In this document: positions 1-9,674 of the stretch, piece by piece
Position numbering within the stretch: the stretch's first letter is position 1
Layout of the letters: every line of letters begins with the position of its first letter
Assembly: GCA_958296135.2 (NCBI GenBank)
Contig: CATQHZ020000001.1
Coordinates: forward strand, 576,001 to 640,000
Length of the DNA: 64,000 nucleotides
Direction: 5' to 3'
From: an uncultured Poribacteria bacterium
GTDB taxonomy: Bacteria; Poribacteria; WGA-4E; WGA-3G
The notes under the pieces: generated by a model
What the model was told of the DNA's origin: nothing
Databases searched by the model: none
Seen by the model: only the letters and a program-made list of their open reading frames with translations
Made by a program: the position numbers and the translations under genes

Positions 1-1
1 T

Positions 2-2818
2 ATCGTTTTCCTCATTGTCGTCGCGATTGCTGTCGGATGGTTTGCCTATCAAAATATTGATGGTTTCGGGCAGGGCCAAGTGATGCGCGTCTTTAGCGTC
101 ATCGCGGCTGTCCTCCTTGCCATTCTGATTGCTTTCGCGGCAACCGTCATCCGCTATCGGATACCGAGGGCGGACATCGCCCTGGTTAGAACCGGGGGTG
201 CGCGCGAGAAAATTCGCATCACCGGTGGCCTCTGGGTAAACACCATTATTCATGAAATCAAGGAAATCTCGCTCAACACCATGCGCATTGAGGTTATCCG
301 AGAAGGCCCCGAGGCGTTGATTACCTATGATTTCAACCGCGGCGATGTCGAAGTCGTCTTCTATCTCAAAGTTGAGCCGGCCGAGAACGAGATCTTACGC
401 GCTGCGCAGGCACTCGGGGATAAATCGATGACGCCCGAGACCGTGCGTGAACTCATTGAACCTAAACTTGAAGGCGCGCTCCGAAGCGTCGCTGCCGAAA
501 GTGACATCCAAGACTTGCTTCAAAAACGCCAAGAATTCGCCGAGAAAGTGCAATCCGCCTGCGGCGAAGACCTGGAAATACAAAACGGGCTGACGCTCGA
601 GACCGTCTCAATTATCCGAGTAGACCAGACACCGGTTGAGACACTCGACCCGGAGAACCGCTTTGATGCCGTCGGTATCCGTGAGATTACCGAGATTACC
701 GCGGATCAGGAACGCGAAAAAGCGCGCATCGTTAACGAAAAAGAGGTGGCCATCGTTCAAATCGAGGTGGATGCCCGTATCCAGAAATTGGAGGCAGAAC
801 AACAACAGGAATGGGCCCAGTCAGACCAGCAGAAGAATATCGCCATCTATGCGGCGGAACGCCAAGCGGAAACCCTCAAATTCCAATATGAGATGGACCA
901 GGGTGTCCAAGAGCGCGAATACGAGATGAAGCAGGAGGTCGAACGCGCCCGCATCACACAAGAACAGGTTGTCCAAGAACGCGAAATTGAGATGAACCGC
1001 GACGTGGAAGTCGCTCGCGTGCAACAGGAGCAGATTGTTGCACAACGCGAGATTGAGAAAAACCTCATCGTTGAAACGCAGCAGATTGAGCAGGCCAAAG
1101 TCGTCCAACTCGCCGAGATTGAGCAGTATCTCACTGTGCAAATGCAGAAAATCGAGCAGGAGCAGGTACTTGCTGTTCGCGAGGTTGAGAAGCAGCTCGT
1201 TGTGGAGAAAGCGCGCATCGCCCAGGAAGAGGGAGTGTCGCTGCGGGATATTGAGCGCGACCTGCTTGTTCAAACCGAGCGGCTCGGACAGGAGCAGCAG
1301 GTGCAGCAGCGCGAGATTGAGAAGAATCTCGTCGTGGAGACGGCGCAGATCGATCAGCTCCGGCAAGTTGAACTTGCCGAGATAGCCAAAGTGCTGGCCG
1401 TGGAAGTCACCCGAATCGTTCAAGAACAGCAGGTAGAGACGCGCGACATCGAGAAGCAGCTTGTTGTGGAGAAAGCGCGCATCGCCCAGGAAGAGGGAGT
1501 CTCCTTACGCGATATTGAACGCGATCTTACCGTCCAGACAGAGCGGTTTAGTCAGGAGCAGCAGGTGCAGCAGCGCGAGATTGAGAAGAATCTCGTCGTG
1601 GAGACGGCGCAGATTGATCAGCTCCGGCAAGTTGAACTCGCCGAGATAGCCAAAGTGCTGGCCGTGGAAGTCACCCGCATTATCCAAGAACAGCAGGTAG
1701 AGACGCGCGACATCGAGAAGCAGCTCGTAGTGGAGAAAGCGCGCATCGCCCAGGAAGAGGGAGTCTCCTTACGCGATATTGAACGCGATCTCACCGTCCA
1801 GACAGAACGGTTTAGTCAGGAGCAGCAGGTGCAGCAGCGCGAGATTGAGAAAAATCTCGTCGTGGAAACGGCGCAGATCGATCAGCTCCGCCAGGTCGAA
1901 CTCGCCGAGATAGCCAAAGTGCTGGCCGTGGAAGTCACCCGAATCGTCCAAGAACAGCAGGTAGAGACGCGCGACATCGAGAAGCAGCTCGTAGTGGAGA
2001 AAGCGCGCATCGCCCAGGAAGAGGGAGTCTCCTTACGCGATATTGAACGCGATCTTACCGTCCAGACAGAGCGGTTTAGTCAGGAGCAGCAGGTGCAGCA
2101 GCGCGAGATTGAGAAGAATCTCGTTGTCGAAACGGCGCAGATTGATCAGCTCCGGCAAGTTGAACTCGCCGAGATTGCCAAAATGCTCAATGTGGAGCAG
2201 TCCCGCATCAATCAGGAGTTGCGCGTGACGTTGAGCGATGAAGATAGGAATATCGATGTTGCGAATAAACAGCAGGTGACAGCCCTCGCCGAGAAGGAGT
2301 TGTTGCTTGCGGAAGCCGAACGCATGGGTGCCGAGGTGAACGTGATGGCAACCGAGCAGGTGAAAGAGGCGGAGTGGCAGCGTGAAGTCGCCATCATCGG
2401 TGCGGAGGCGCAGGCTCAGCCTATTGAACGTCTCGCCGATGCGGTGCTCGCCGAAGCGCGCGCCAAAGCGCAAGGTGAGATGGCGGAATACGAAGCACGC
2501 AACGTCGCTGAACAACGCGTCCTCGTGCAGGAGGCAATCTTGGAGCTGATTGAGGAAGCCCCTGAGATTGTTGAACAGATGATGAAACCCGTTGAGAAGA
2601 TCGATAGTATCAAGATCTTGGATATGGGTAACAACGATGGGCAGGGCGGCATCAATCGGAGCAACATGGGCAAATTGGCGAATGCGCTGCTTGACACGGG
2701 CGCGATTTCGCCGATGCTGAAGGAGTTGTTCAACTTCGCGGATGTCGATGCGCAGCAGATTACGGACAAAATCGCTGAGTATCTGGCAGACCTGGTAAAT
2801 CGGCCGAACGCCGGCTAG
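2..2818 (+). CDS. SPFH/band-7 (flotillin-like) membrane protein with long repetitive coiled coil; 5' end lies outside the window
   Basis: Frame is open from base 2 (IVFLIVVAIAVGWF...). TM helices, then SPFH motifs (ALVRTG, GGLWVNTIIHE, LEGALRSVAA, NGLTLETVSI, NRFDAVG) and flotillin C-terminus PVEKIDSIKILD. Confidence 0.9.
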   Translation: MVFLIVVAIAVGWFAYQNIDGFGQGQVMRVFSVIAAVLLAILIAFAATVIRYRIPRADIALVRTGGAREKIRITGGLWVNTIIHEIKEISLNTMRIEVIREGPEALITYDFNRGDVEVVFYLKVEPAENEILRAAQALGDKSMTPETVRELIEPKLEGALRSVAAESDIQDLLQKRQEFAEKVQSACGEDLEIQNGLTLETVSIIRVDQTPVETLDPENRFDAVGIREITEITADQEREKARIVNEKEVAIVQIEVDARIQKLEAEQQQEWAQSDQQKNIAIYAAERQAETLKFQYEMDQGVQEREYEMKQEVERARITQEQVVQEREIEMNRDVEVARVQQEQIVAQREIEKNLIVETQQIEQAKVVQLAEIEQYLTVQMQKIEQEQVLAVREVEKQLVVEKARIAQEEGVSLRDIERDLLVQTERLGQEQQVQQREIEKNLVVETAQIDQLRQVELAEIAKVLAVEVTRIVQEQQVETRDIEKQLVVEKARIAQEEGVSLRDIERDLTVQTERFSQEQQVQQREIEKNLVVETAQIDQLRQVELAEIAKVLAVEVTRIIQEQQVETRDIEKQLVVEKARIAQEEGVSLRDIERDLTVQTERFSQEQQVQQREIEKNLVVETAQIDQLRQVELAEIAKVLAVEVTRIVQEQQVETRDIEKQLVVEKARIAQEEGVSLRDIERDLTVQTERFSQEQQVQQREIEKNLVVETAQIDQLRQVELAEIAKMLNVEQSRINQELRVTLSDEDRNIDVANKQQVTALAEKELLLAEAERMGAEVNVMATEQVKEAEWQREVAIIGAEAQAQPIERLADAVLAEARAKAQGEMAEYEARNVAEQRVLVQEAILELIEEAPEIVEQMMKPVEKIDSIKILDMGNNDGQGGINRSNMGKLANALLDTGAISPMLKELFNFADVDAQQITDKIAEYLADLVNRPNAG
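1187..2182 (+). repeat. Intragenic tandem repeat, 264-bp (88-aa) unit, about 3.8 copies, built from 66-bp (22-aa) subunits
   Basis: gagaagcagct recurs at 1187, 1451, 1715 and 1979; units are near-identical. Confidence 0.95.
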
Positions 2819-2854
2819 AATTTGCGTATTGGCGCAAAGCGTTCCATGGGTGCC

Positions 2855-2930
2855 CGTAGGGCGAGGGCGTTACGGGCACGCCTATAGAAAATGTGCGTGT
2901 GTCGCCCCGCGTAAACACGGTCACGCCTAC
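2855..2930. repeat. GTAG-type REP palindromes
   Basis: cgtagggcgagggcgttacgggcacgcctat ... cacggtcacgcctac; related to other GTAG repeats in the window. Confidence 0.6.
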
Positions 2931-2965
2931 AGCAAACGTGTTTACGGTAGTCAGTCGATCTGGCG

Positions 2966-3214
2966 ATGCAGATCGCCTGTCTTGATAGACGTGACCTTTG
3001 CATCGCAAAAGCAAACTACCTTAAAGTCCGCTACTGGTTGGATCTTATACGAGGGCTCACCCACCTTGCATGCCAGCAAGATGGAGAGGTTTCCTGTGAA
3101 CGATACCGCTCGCCAAAGAAACTGCTAGAGGCGTTCATCGTGGCAGGACGGATTGAAAACGAGAGCACTTTCATTGAGCATTGGCTCGACAGATATGAGC
3201 GGTTCTCTGACTAA
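2966..3214 (+). pseudogene. Degenerate four-helix-bundle (23S rRNA IVP-like) protein remnant
   Basis: IAKANYLKVRYWLDLIRGL...KKLLEAFI resembles the C-terminal half of this family; no intact N-terminus. Confidence 0.4.
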
Positions 3215-3227
3215 AAAGGAGACTATA

Positions 3228-3671
3228 ATGAAAGTATTACTTTGTGCATTACTTTGCGCATTTTTCACTGTCCTCGGCTGTGGTGGCGACACGCCACTCA
3301 CGCCGAGCTCCAACGACGGCGACACGCTACTCACGCCGAGCTCCAACGACATCGCATACATCACGGCGGAGAGTCAGTTCTTCCCCGCCACGGAGGACGC
3401 TGGTATGGAGGTGAGACGCAACTGGCTAGGGCGACTCGGCGAGGTATCGGGTATCGTATCAGAGGTTCTAATTGGTACCGATGATGCGTGGATAACGCTC
3501 CAGGTGGGGAATAAAAGCGTGGAATGCGATATGTCTGCGTATCCAGACGAGTCGAGCTTGCGTCAAATGGCTAGGGAACGTAGCTCCCTGACGATACGTG
3601 GGACGCTAGAGGTATTCAGGGCCGGACGTGTGTGGATGAGCGGGTGTTGGATTATCGGTATCGAGGACTAA
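3228..3671 (+). CDS. Lipoprotein with probable OB-fold (tRNA_anti-like) domain
   Basis: AAGGAG RBS before ATG 3228; lipobox VLGC; duplicated 33-bp GDTxLTPSSND; 'EVSGIVSEV...VECDM...LTIRG...MSGC' pattern. Confidence 0.65.
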   Translation: MKVLLCALLCAFFTVLGCGGDTPLTPSSNDGDTLLTPSSNDIAYITAESQFFPATEDAGMEVRRNWLGRLGEVSGIVSEVLIGTDDAWITLQVGNKSVECDMSAYPDESSLRQMARERSSLTIRGTLEVFRAGRVWMSGCWIIGIED

Positions 3672-3674
3672 CCA

Positions 3675-3765
3675 CCGCAACCCCCGTCGGCACGGCTCGG
3701 CGGGGAGGGCAATCTTCCACCCTTCAAGGATAGCGTCGCCGTCTGTCTAACAAAGGGAGCGACGC
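3675..3765. repeat. Post-gene structured direct repeat, copy 1
   Basis: Homologous to 5506-5600; identical 32-bp core cgtcgccgtctgtctaacaaagggagcgacgc (3734-3765). Confidence 0.9.
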
Positions 3766-3801
3766 GTAATATAAGAAGACAATATAAAAAGGAAATGAGG
3801 C

Positions 3802-5496
3802 ATGGCAGCTCAAGTGGCTAACCGAATCGATCGCGAGGCTTTGATAGCAGCGATTGATTCGGCTCAATCTCAAACGGAAATTCAGGCAGCACTGGAAAAG
3901 GCGATCGCGTCCAGCGGATTGGAAGCGGTTGATCTGACTAGCGTAGAACACCGACGCCAACTCTATTTCGGCGATAACTTAGGCTGGTTACGCGAACTGC
4001 CTTCAGGGCATGTCACGTTATGTGCTACTGATCCGCCGTTCAATAGTGGGCGTGACTATAATATGTTCATACTTAACTCCGAAGCACAAGAAACCGCTTT
4101 CAAAGACACATGGAAGTGGGACGAAGCCGCTATGGAGATTCGGGACGAAATCAAGAACATGGCGTTTAATGATTCGTATTATCGTCAAACGCATGTCGAT
4201 TCTTTCAATATGGAAGATACCCAGCAAGCGTATGTTAGGGTATCAAAGTATCTGGAAGGCTGGGATATAATGTTCGGTTCTACAACTGAAGGTAAAGTAA
4301 GTTCGATGCGAGCATACCTAACTTTCATGGCTCCGCGTCTTATCGAGATTCGGCGTGTTCTTGCGGACATCGGATCTCTCTATCTACATTGCGATCCAAC
4401 CGCGTCAGCCCATTTGAGGTTATTGCTGGATACCATCTTTGGACAGCAGAACTTTCGCAATGAGATTGTCTGGCATTATACAGGCGGCGGCAGGTCCAAA
4501 ACCTATTTCTCGCGCAAGCATGATGTCATCTTGTGGTATGCTAAGTCCACCGCTGATGACTACTGTTTCAATCTGGACGAGATCCGAGTGCCATATAAAG
4601 AAACGAGCGGTTATGCGAAAAGCGGGATTATTAGCAAAGCTGGCAAGCAATATAAGCCGAATCCAAAAGGAACGCCAGTTGACGATGTTTGGGATATTCC
4701 GATTATCAACCCGATGTCCAAAGAACGCCTTGGTTATCCAACGCAGAAACCCGTATCGCTCTATGAGCGTATAGTTAAGGCATCTTCCAATGAAGGCGAT
4801 ATCGTGTTAGATCCGTTTTGCGGGTGTGGCACAACGATCGATGCTGCGGAAGCATTGAATCGCCGTTGGATTGGAATTGATCTTACCGTTCTGGCATTAG
4901 AACCAATTCAGCGACGCATGCGTGAACGGCATGGGATTGAACCCCACACTGATTATCCAATCACAGGGTATCCCGTCAATATGCAAGAGTTGAGACTCAT
5001 GCTTGCTGACAAGGGCAACAAGCAACGGTATAAAGATGCTGAAGCGTGGGCGGTTACTCGAATCGGTATGCGTCCGACGAAGTATATCGGTGATGGTGGG
5101 ATTGATGGCAAAATCGATGTCGAAGTATGGGAATTAGTAGATGGCAATCTAATTAGAACGCCAGCGAAAGCAGTCTGTGAGTTCAAATCAACTCAACAGA
5201 TCGTGCCAAGTATGATTCAGGCGTTCCGCACAGCAATGGAAGATGAAGGTGCGGTAGTTGGAATATTCATTGGATTGAACCCCATTAGTGCTGGTGTTAA
5301 AGAAACGATGCGTAAGGCTGGCACCTTTGAGCATAATGGTCAAACAATCCAGCGTGTTCAATACTGGCAGATAACCGATGACTCTTTCGATGCTAATGGA
5401 AGAGTTTCAGCGGATATCAAACTGCCGTATATGCCTAAACCGTTGTATCAGTCTGAAGCATTCGTTGATGAAAACGCACAGCAATCAGTGCTGTAA
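3802..5496 (+). CDS. Site-specific DNA methyltransferase (N6/N4, beta class) fused to C-terminal Mrr-like endonuclease domain
   Basis: Motif IV DPPF, GYPTQKP, motif I DPFCGCGT; C-terminal DGGIDG...EFKS; visibly lower GC than neighbours. Confidence 0.9.
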   Translation: MAAQVANRIDREALIAAIDSAQSQTEIQAALEKAIASSGLEAVDLTSVEHRRQLYFGDNLGWLRELPSGHVTLCATDPPFNSGRDYNMFILNSEAQETAFKDTWKWDEAAMEIRDEIKNMAFNDSYYRQTHVDSFNMEDTQQAYVRVSKYLEGWDIMFGSTTEGKVSSMRAYLTFMAPRLIEIRRVLADIGSLYLHCDPTASAHLRLLLDTIFGQQNFRNEIVWHYTGGGRSKTYFSRKHDVILWYAKSTADDYCFNLDEIRVPYKETSGYAKSGIISKAGKQYKPNPKGTPVDDVWDIPIINPMSKERLGYPTQKPVSLYERIVKASSNEGDIVLDPFCGCGTTIDAAEALNRRWIGIDLTVLALEPIQRRMRERHGIEPHTDYPITGYPVNMQELRLMLADKGNKQRYKDAEAWAVTRIGMRPTKYIGDGGIDGKIDVEVWELVDGNLIRTPAKAVCEFKSTQQIVPSMIQAFRTAMEDEGAVVGIFIGLNPISAGVKETMRKAGTFEHNGQTIQRVQYWQITDDSFDANGRVSADIKLPYMPKPLYQSEAFVDENAQQSVL

Positions 5497-5505
5497 ACTT
5501 TCACT

Positions 5506-5600
5506 CCGCAACCCCTGTCGTCTGGCGCGGATGCTGGCGAGGAGGGCAGACTTGAACCCTTCAAGGCTCGTCGCCGTCTGTCTAACAAAGGGAGCGACGC
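5506..5600. repeat. Post-gene structured direct repeat, copy 2
   Basis: Homologous to 3675-3765; identical core at 5569-5600. Confidence 0.9.
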
Positions 5601-5601
5601 A

Positions 5602-5853
5602 TTGACACGTTACCGATTGGGCATGGTTTTATTGCAACAAGTCCTTACGTCTCAATCACTGATGCACAAGCGTAACCGAGCGTTGAGGGGGGGGCAATTC
5701 CCCCTCCATGCTACCATTGGAGAACAAGTGGACAATATACGTTACACGTTAGATAGGAAAGAACAAGCGATTGACATCTATAATCGCCGCAGGGCTGGCG
5801 AAACATGGATGGAAATCCAAGCAGAGATGTCCACTGTCCCTCGCCATGCTTGA
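5602..5853 (+). CDS. Small hypothetical protein (start uncertain)
   Basis: ORF only; C-terminal DRKEQAIDIYNRRRAGETWMEIQAEM is HTH-like. Confidence 0.3.
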   Translation: MTRYRLGMVLLQQVLTSQSLMHKRNRALRGGQFPLHATIGEQVDNIRYTLDRKEQAIDIYNRRRAGETWMEIQAEMSTVPRHA

Positions 5854-5869
5854 ACTACCCGGAAGATAG

Positions 5870-6085
5870 ATGATGAACACGCTCAAACAAAACATTGCCG
5901 ATACACTACAGACATTCGCGGACGCGCCCCTTCGCGATGCTGCGACGCGCGTCCTGAATACCCTCGGTTACCACAGCGAGAGAACAGGATATCCAGCCCT
6001 AGATGTGGAGATACTCAACCGCTTCCGGGCGGCTGGCTCAGGAATAACCAGAAACGTAGTCCTTGACAACGTCAATGAGGGATGA
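5870..6085 (+). pseudogene. Probable N-terminal stub of a type IIG (Eco57I-like) restriction-modification enzyme
   Basis: LKQNIADTLQTFADAPLRDAATRVLNTLGYHSERT resembles N-termini of such enzymes (recalled, not searched); ends after 71 aa. Confidence 0.4.
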
Positions 6086-6109
6086 CGCAAAGAGGTCATC
6101 GTACAAAGC

Positions 6110-7411
6110 ATGCGAATCGAACGCCTTGCGCCAAGACGAAAAACGCGAAGAAGACTGAAACGGCAACGGTGCCGCACCTGCCGTTCCGATAAAGGGAAAC
6201 GCATCTGTCCGGCACTTAACGGGATGCTTATCTGCCCGGAATGCTGCCGCGCGAAACGCGCCAAGATTCCGGGATGCGATGAGAACTGCCAATACTACAC
6301 GCCGCTCATCGTGACAAGCAAGGTGCATAACGCCCCCGAATTTCCGATGCACCGGTGCCTTGTCAGTCGCTCTCAGGACACCGGCATGCTCATCGTCATC
6401 GGCACGCGGAAACTGCCCGATGGTAATCTGAAGGCGATGTTTATCCTGCTCGACCTTTGGAAAAAGGGCATCCGCGACTGCTTTTTTGACGCGCATCTCT
6501 CTGAAAAGCAGTTTGAGCGCGTCGCACAAAAAATTGGCAAGCACCATAACCTGATGGCACCGCCAGAGCTGGACGACACAGATGAACTCGATGGGGAGAC
6601 GGACGTTCGCCTCCCGAAACATACCCTCGTCATTGAGGCGGATGCCGCAATACATAGAGATAAAGGCGTGAGAATCGTTCAGCACAGCGCGGCATCCGGC
6701 GGACAGGCGATTGACAGCCTGAAGGGCGCGCGCGCTATCCACGAAATTTACATCCCCAAAACCGGGAAATGGTATGTCTGGCTACGTGTGCTCTTTGAAT
6801 ACAGCAAAGATTCCTATTGGCTTGGGATGGACGACGCGACACCGCACCCGTGGAATAGCGAAGGCGGCCCGGGGGCAATCAAAATTTATGCGGAACCCGA
6901 TGACGCTTCCAAGTGGGGCCGCTGGCTCTGGGATTCCGGTGTCAACAACGCGCACGGCATCAGCCCTTGCTTTTTTGAGGTGAAACGGACCGGTTATTAT
7001 CAACTCTGGTCGAAGGGGCGGGAGGCAGGGTCGCGATTAGATCAGATTTTGCTCACGCGCGCGCGGAATTTTAATCCGCAAACTGAGACAGAAGGGAACC
7101 CGCTGCCAACGCTGCTAGCACCGCACCCTTATGAGCCTATCGCACTGCACGAATGCCAAAAGTTAATTCGGCACGCCGTGGACATTGCAACCGCCGTGAA
7201 GACGGAATTGCCGTGGGAATTCAAATATTGGCTTCGAGATATGTGGGGCGACATTACGCAATTCCCGAAAACGGAAGGGTCGCTCTATAAATGCCCGAAG
7301 TGCGGCGCAGAGCTGCCGCAACAGGCGGTAGAGCTCATGATGCAGCACGCACAATCCGATGACATTCAATTCTACATTTTATGCCGAAAGTGCGGAGGCG
7401 AATTTGATTGA
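6110..7411 (+). CDS. Cys-rich (Zn-binding) hypothetical protein with an internal carbohydrate-binding-like beta domain
   Basis: N-terminal CxxC..CPAL..ICPECC..C..C, C-terminal CPKCG..CRKCG; central WYVWLRV..DSYWLGMD..GREAGSRLDQILLT. Confidence 0.7.
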   Translation: MRIERLAPRRKTRRRLKRQRCRTCRSDKGKRICPALNGMLICPECCRAKRAKIPGCDENCQYYTPLIVTSKVHNAPEFPMHRCLVSRSQDTGMLIVIGTRKLPDGNLKAMFILLDLWKKGIRDCFFDAHLSEKQFERVAQKIGKHHNLMAPPELDDTDELDGETDVRLPKHTLVIEADAAIHRDKGVRIVQHSAASGGQAIDSLKGARAIHEIYIPKTGKWYVWLRVLFEYSKDSYWLGMDDATPHPWNSEGGPGAIKIYAEPDDASKWGRWLWDSGVNNAHGISPCFFEVKRTGYYQLWSKGREAGSRLDQILLTRARNFNPQTETEGNPLPTLLAPHPYEPIALHECQKLIRHAVDIATAVKTELPWEFKYWLRDMWGDITQFPKTEGSLYKCPKCGAELPQQAVELMMQHAQSDDIQFYILCRKCGGEFD

Positions 7412-7514
7412 TTTTTTTCTATTGTGGAAAGCGCGCGGAGGACAGCGGACATCTCTGCTGGAAGATGGACGATCAGGAAAACCTGAGCGTCTTGACAGGC
7501 GTGACCCCGCAGAA

Positions 7515-9674
7515 ATGAAAACGTTTCGGCGTAACGGCCCCCGCGCTACGCACACGCTAAATATTTTGTGTCTAACGGTACTGTTAACAGTGACGTTGTT
7601 TGCAGCGGTTTGCAGTGCCGCGCCGCCGAATCCGTATCGCTTCTTTAACGTAGATACGGTGACAGGCGAATTAGTCCCCAAATCGCCTCAAAGCAGGGCG
7701 CGCTTTCTGCAGGCCCTAGACGGATGTTGCCTCGCGAGGCAGCAAAGCGTCTTGCAACCCGACGGCATTGAATATGTGCTTGCGCTAAAGGTCGATTTCG
7801 TTGACATGCCCGGGCGCCGGAGCGGTGCAGAACTCAATCAATACCTCTTTGCCACAGCAGGAGTCTCCTTGAAAACCTATTATCGGGAGAACTCTTATGG
7901 ACAAATGGATATCCAGCCGGGCCCGGCGGGCGGCGTTCTGCCAGCGGGAGACAAGTGGGTGCGTGCCAAAAATCCGATGTCCTATTACGGCGCGGGGCCC
8001 AGCAACTTTAACCTGCATCGCTATCGGGAACTCATCCAAGAGGTGTGTCAGGCAGTGGATGCCAGCATCGATTTTTCGCAATATGACCGGGATGAGGATG
8101 GCACCGTAGATCACGTCTTCCTTATCCATTCTGGGAATGACCAGGCGACCTCGGGGGTAGCCGATGACCTCTGGTCCAACTTAACGCCGAACGTGAATCT
8201 CCTCCTTGATGGTGTGCTGATTGACACCGTCGTTGTCGTCGCGGAAGAACCCGATTTCGTGAAGCCGCATTTAGGCATCTATTTCCACGAATTTTTCCAC
8301 GACTTCGGCGCGCCAGACGTTTACGGCTTCAACTGGCCCGATGCCCGCGACCACAAATGGGGGCTCATGGGTGCCTACGGGCCCTATCAGGGCCCCGAAG
8401 TTTTCGGGACTGGAAACGGACTCGCACCGAGTCATATCATGGGCTATCTCAAGTGGGATTTCGATGCGCGCCCGGAGAACGGCCGCGTCGGTTGGCTCGA
8501 ACCCGTGACGATTACACACAACACGCATCTCACCGTGCCAAGTTTTGAAATTGGGCCGAAAACCGATAAGGTTTTCAAAATTGACATTCCTCCGAGGGTT
8601 GAAGGCGCGCGGGGGACAGGCCCCCGCGCCACGGAATTCTTCTTGATAGAGAACCGTTACAAGGCCTCTGGGGCGATGTATGATACCCATCTGCCGGAAT
8701 CCGGGATTCTGATCTGGCATATCGATGAGACGTTCGTGCGTCCCCTCGGTAGTTACGATGCCTCGCAACAGATGTGGCTTGAAGATCCGGCAGACCCCGA
8801 GCACCTTGGGCTCGCCGGCGGCGAGTTGGATTTTATTGACATAGAGACGATTACCGACGGTGCAGCTTACTCCGCTGACGATGGCCAAATCGCCTTTACG
8901 CCCGGCACGTTGCCGAACAGCAACGCCAACGATGGCACGGTTACCGGCATCTCCATTACGCATATCGGTGCCGAGGGGTTCGCCGTGCCACTGCAAATCG
9001 CGTTCGGCGATATGTCCGAACCTAACGATACGCTCGCGACGGCCTTTCCGATTCAATACGAGCAGCTTTACGCATCTTTCCTTCTCGACGCGAACGATAC
9101 GCGCGATGTCTATCAACTGGAGGCGTTCCGGGGTGTCACGATTCAGGTAACGTTGATGGGGATTTCGCCTGGGCGCGAGCCTCGCCTCTTTTTCGTCACA
9201 GAGCACGATGAAACGCCGCTCGGCACGGTGCAGCAGACATCTACTGGCTTGCAACTCCGCTATCAACCGGAGGCAACAGGCACGTTTTACCTAGTCGTGG
9301 CATCCGATGGCGGCTACAGCGGGGCGGCTGCCTATCGTTTGCAAGTGGTGCAGCTGGTGCCGGAGACGTTCGCGTTTGCAGAGACGCGCGTGTATCCAAA
9401 TCCGCTGCGCGCGGGAGAAGCGCCGATGAAGTTTGACTATCAGTTGTCTGCTTCGCAAGCTGCGGATACCGTGCTGCTTGAAATTTGGACGCTCGCGGGC
9501 GACAAGGTTTACAGCGATGCGCATCGCAATGTGTTTGCGCCCGGAACGTTTCAATGGCACGGTGCGAACCGCGAGGGCGCGCCGATTGCATCGGGTATCT
9601 ACATTTATCGCCTCTCCGCCACGCAAGCCGATGTGAACGTTCAGGAAATTGGGCGGCTGAGCGTCATCAAATAA
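7515..9674 (+). CDS. Secreted M6-family (immune inhibitor A-like) metalloprotease with PPC-like and FlgD-Ig-type C-terminal domains
   Basis: Signal peptide; YYRENSYG, DFSQYDRDEDG, HEFFHDFGAPD (HExxH), EFFLIENR, GILIWHIDE; C-terminal YPNP...ASGIYIYRL. Confidence 0.88.
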   Translation: MKTFRRNGPRATHTLNILCLTVLLTVTLFAAVCSAAPPNPYRFFNVDTVTGELVPKSPQSRARFLQALDGCCLARQQSVLQPDGIEYVLALKVDFVDMPGRRSGAELNQYLFATAGVSLKTYYRENSYGQMDIQPGPAGGVLPAGDKWVRAKNPMSYYGAGPSNFNLHRYRELIQEVCQAVDASIDFSQYDRDEDGTVDHVFLIHSGNDQATSGVADDLWSNLTPNVNLLLDGVLIDTVVVVAEEPDFVKPHLGIYFHEFFHDFGAPDVYGFNWPDARDHKWGLMGAYGPYQGPEVFGTGNGLAPSHIMGYLKWDFDARPENGRVGWLEPVTITHNTHLTVPSFEIGPKTDKVFKIDIPPRVEGARGTGPRATEFFLIENRYKASGAMYDTHLPESGILIWHIDETFVRPLGSYDASQQMWLEDPADPEHLGLAGGELDFIDIETITDGAAYSADDGQIAFTPGTLPNSNANDGTVTGISITHIGAEGFAVPLQIAFGDMSEPNDTLATAFPIQYEQLYASFLLDANDTRDVYQLEAFRGVTIQVTLMGISPGREPRLFFVTEHDETPLGTVQQTSTGLQLRYQPEATGTFYLVVASDGGYSGAAAYRLQVVQLVPETFAFAETRVYPNPLRAGEAPMKFDYQLSASQAADTVLLEIWTLAGDKVYSDAHRNVFAPGTFQWHGANREGAPIASGIYIYRLSATQADVNVQEIGRLSVIK

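Noticed and set aside
5534-5567. tRNA-like 3' end (minus strand GGTTCAAGTC...CGCCA) or HDV-like ribozyme
   Set aside because: The T-stem does not pair, the motif is not conserved in the sister copy at 3675, and no full cloverleaf or nested pseudoknot is evident.
3668-5600. Canonical integron attC sites
   Set aside because: No GTTRRRY right end pairing with the RYYYAAC and no integrase in the window; kept only as an unassigned cassette-like repeat.
5686-5706. G8 tract as a phase-variation site
   Set aside because: It pairs with the following ccccctc as a hairpin, and the host ORF is itself doubtful.
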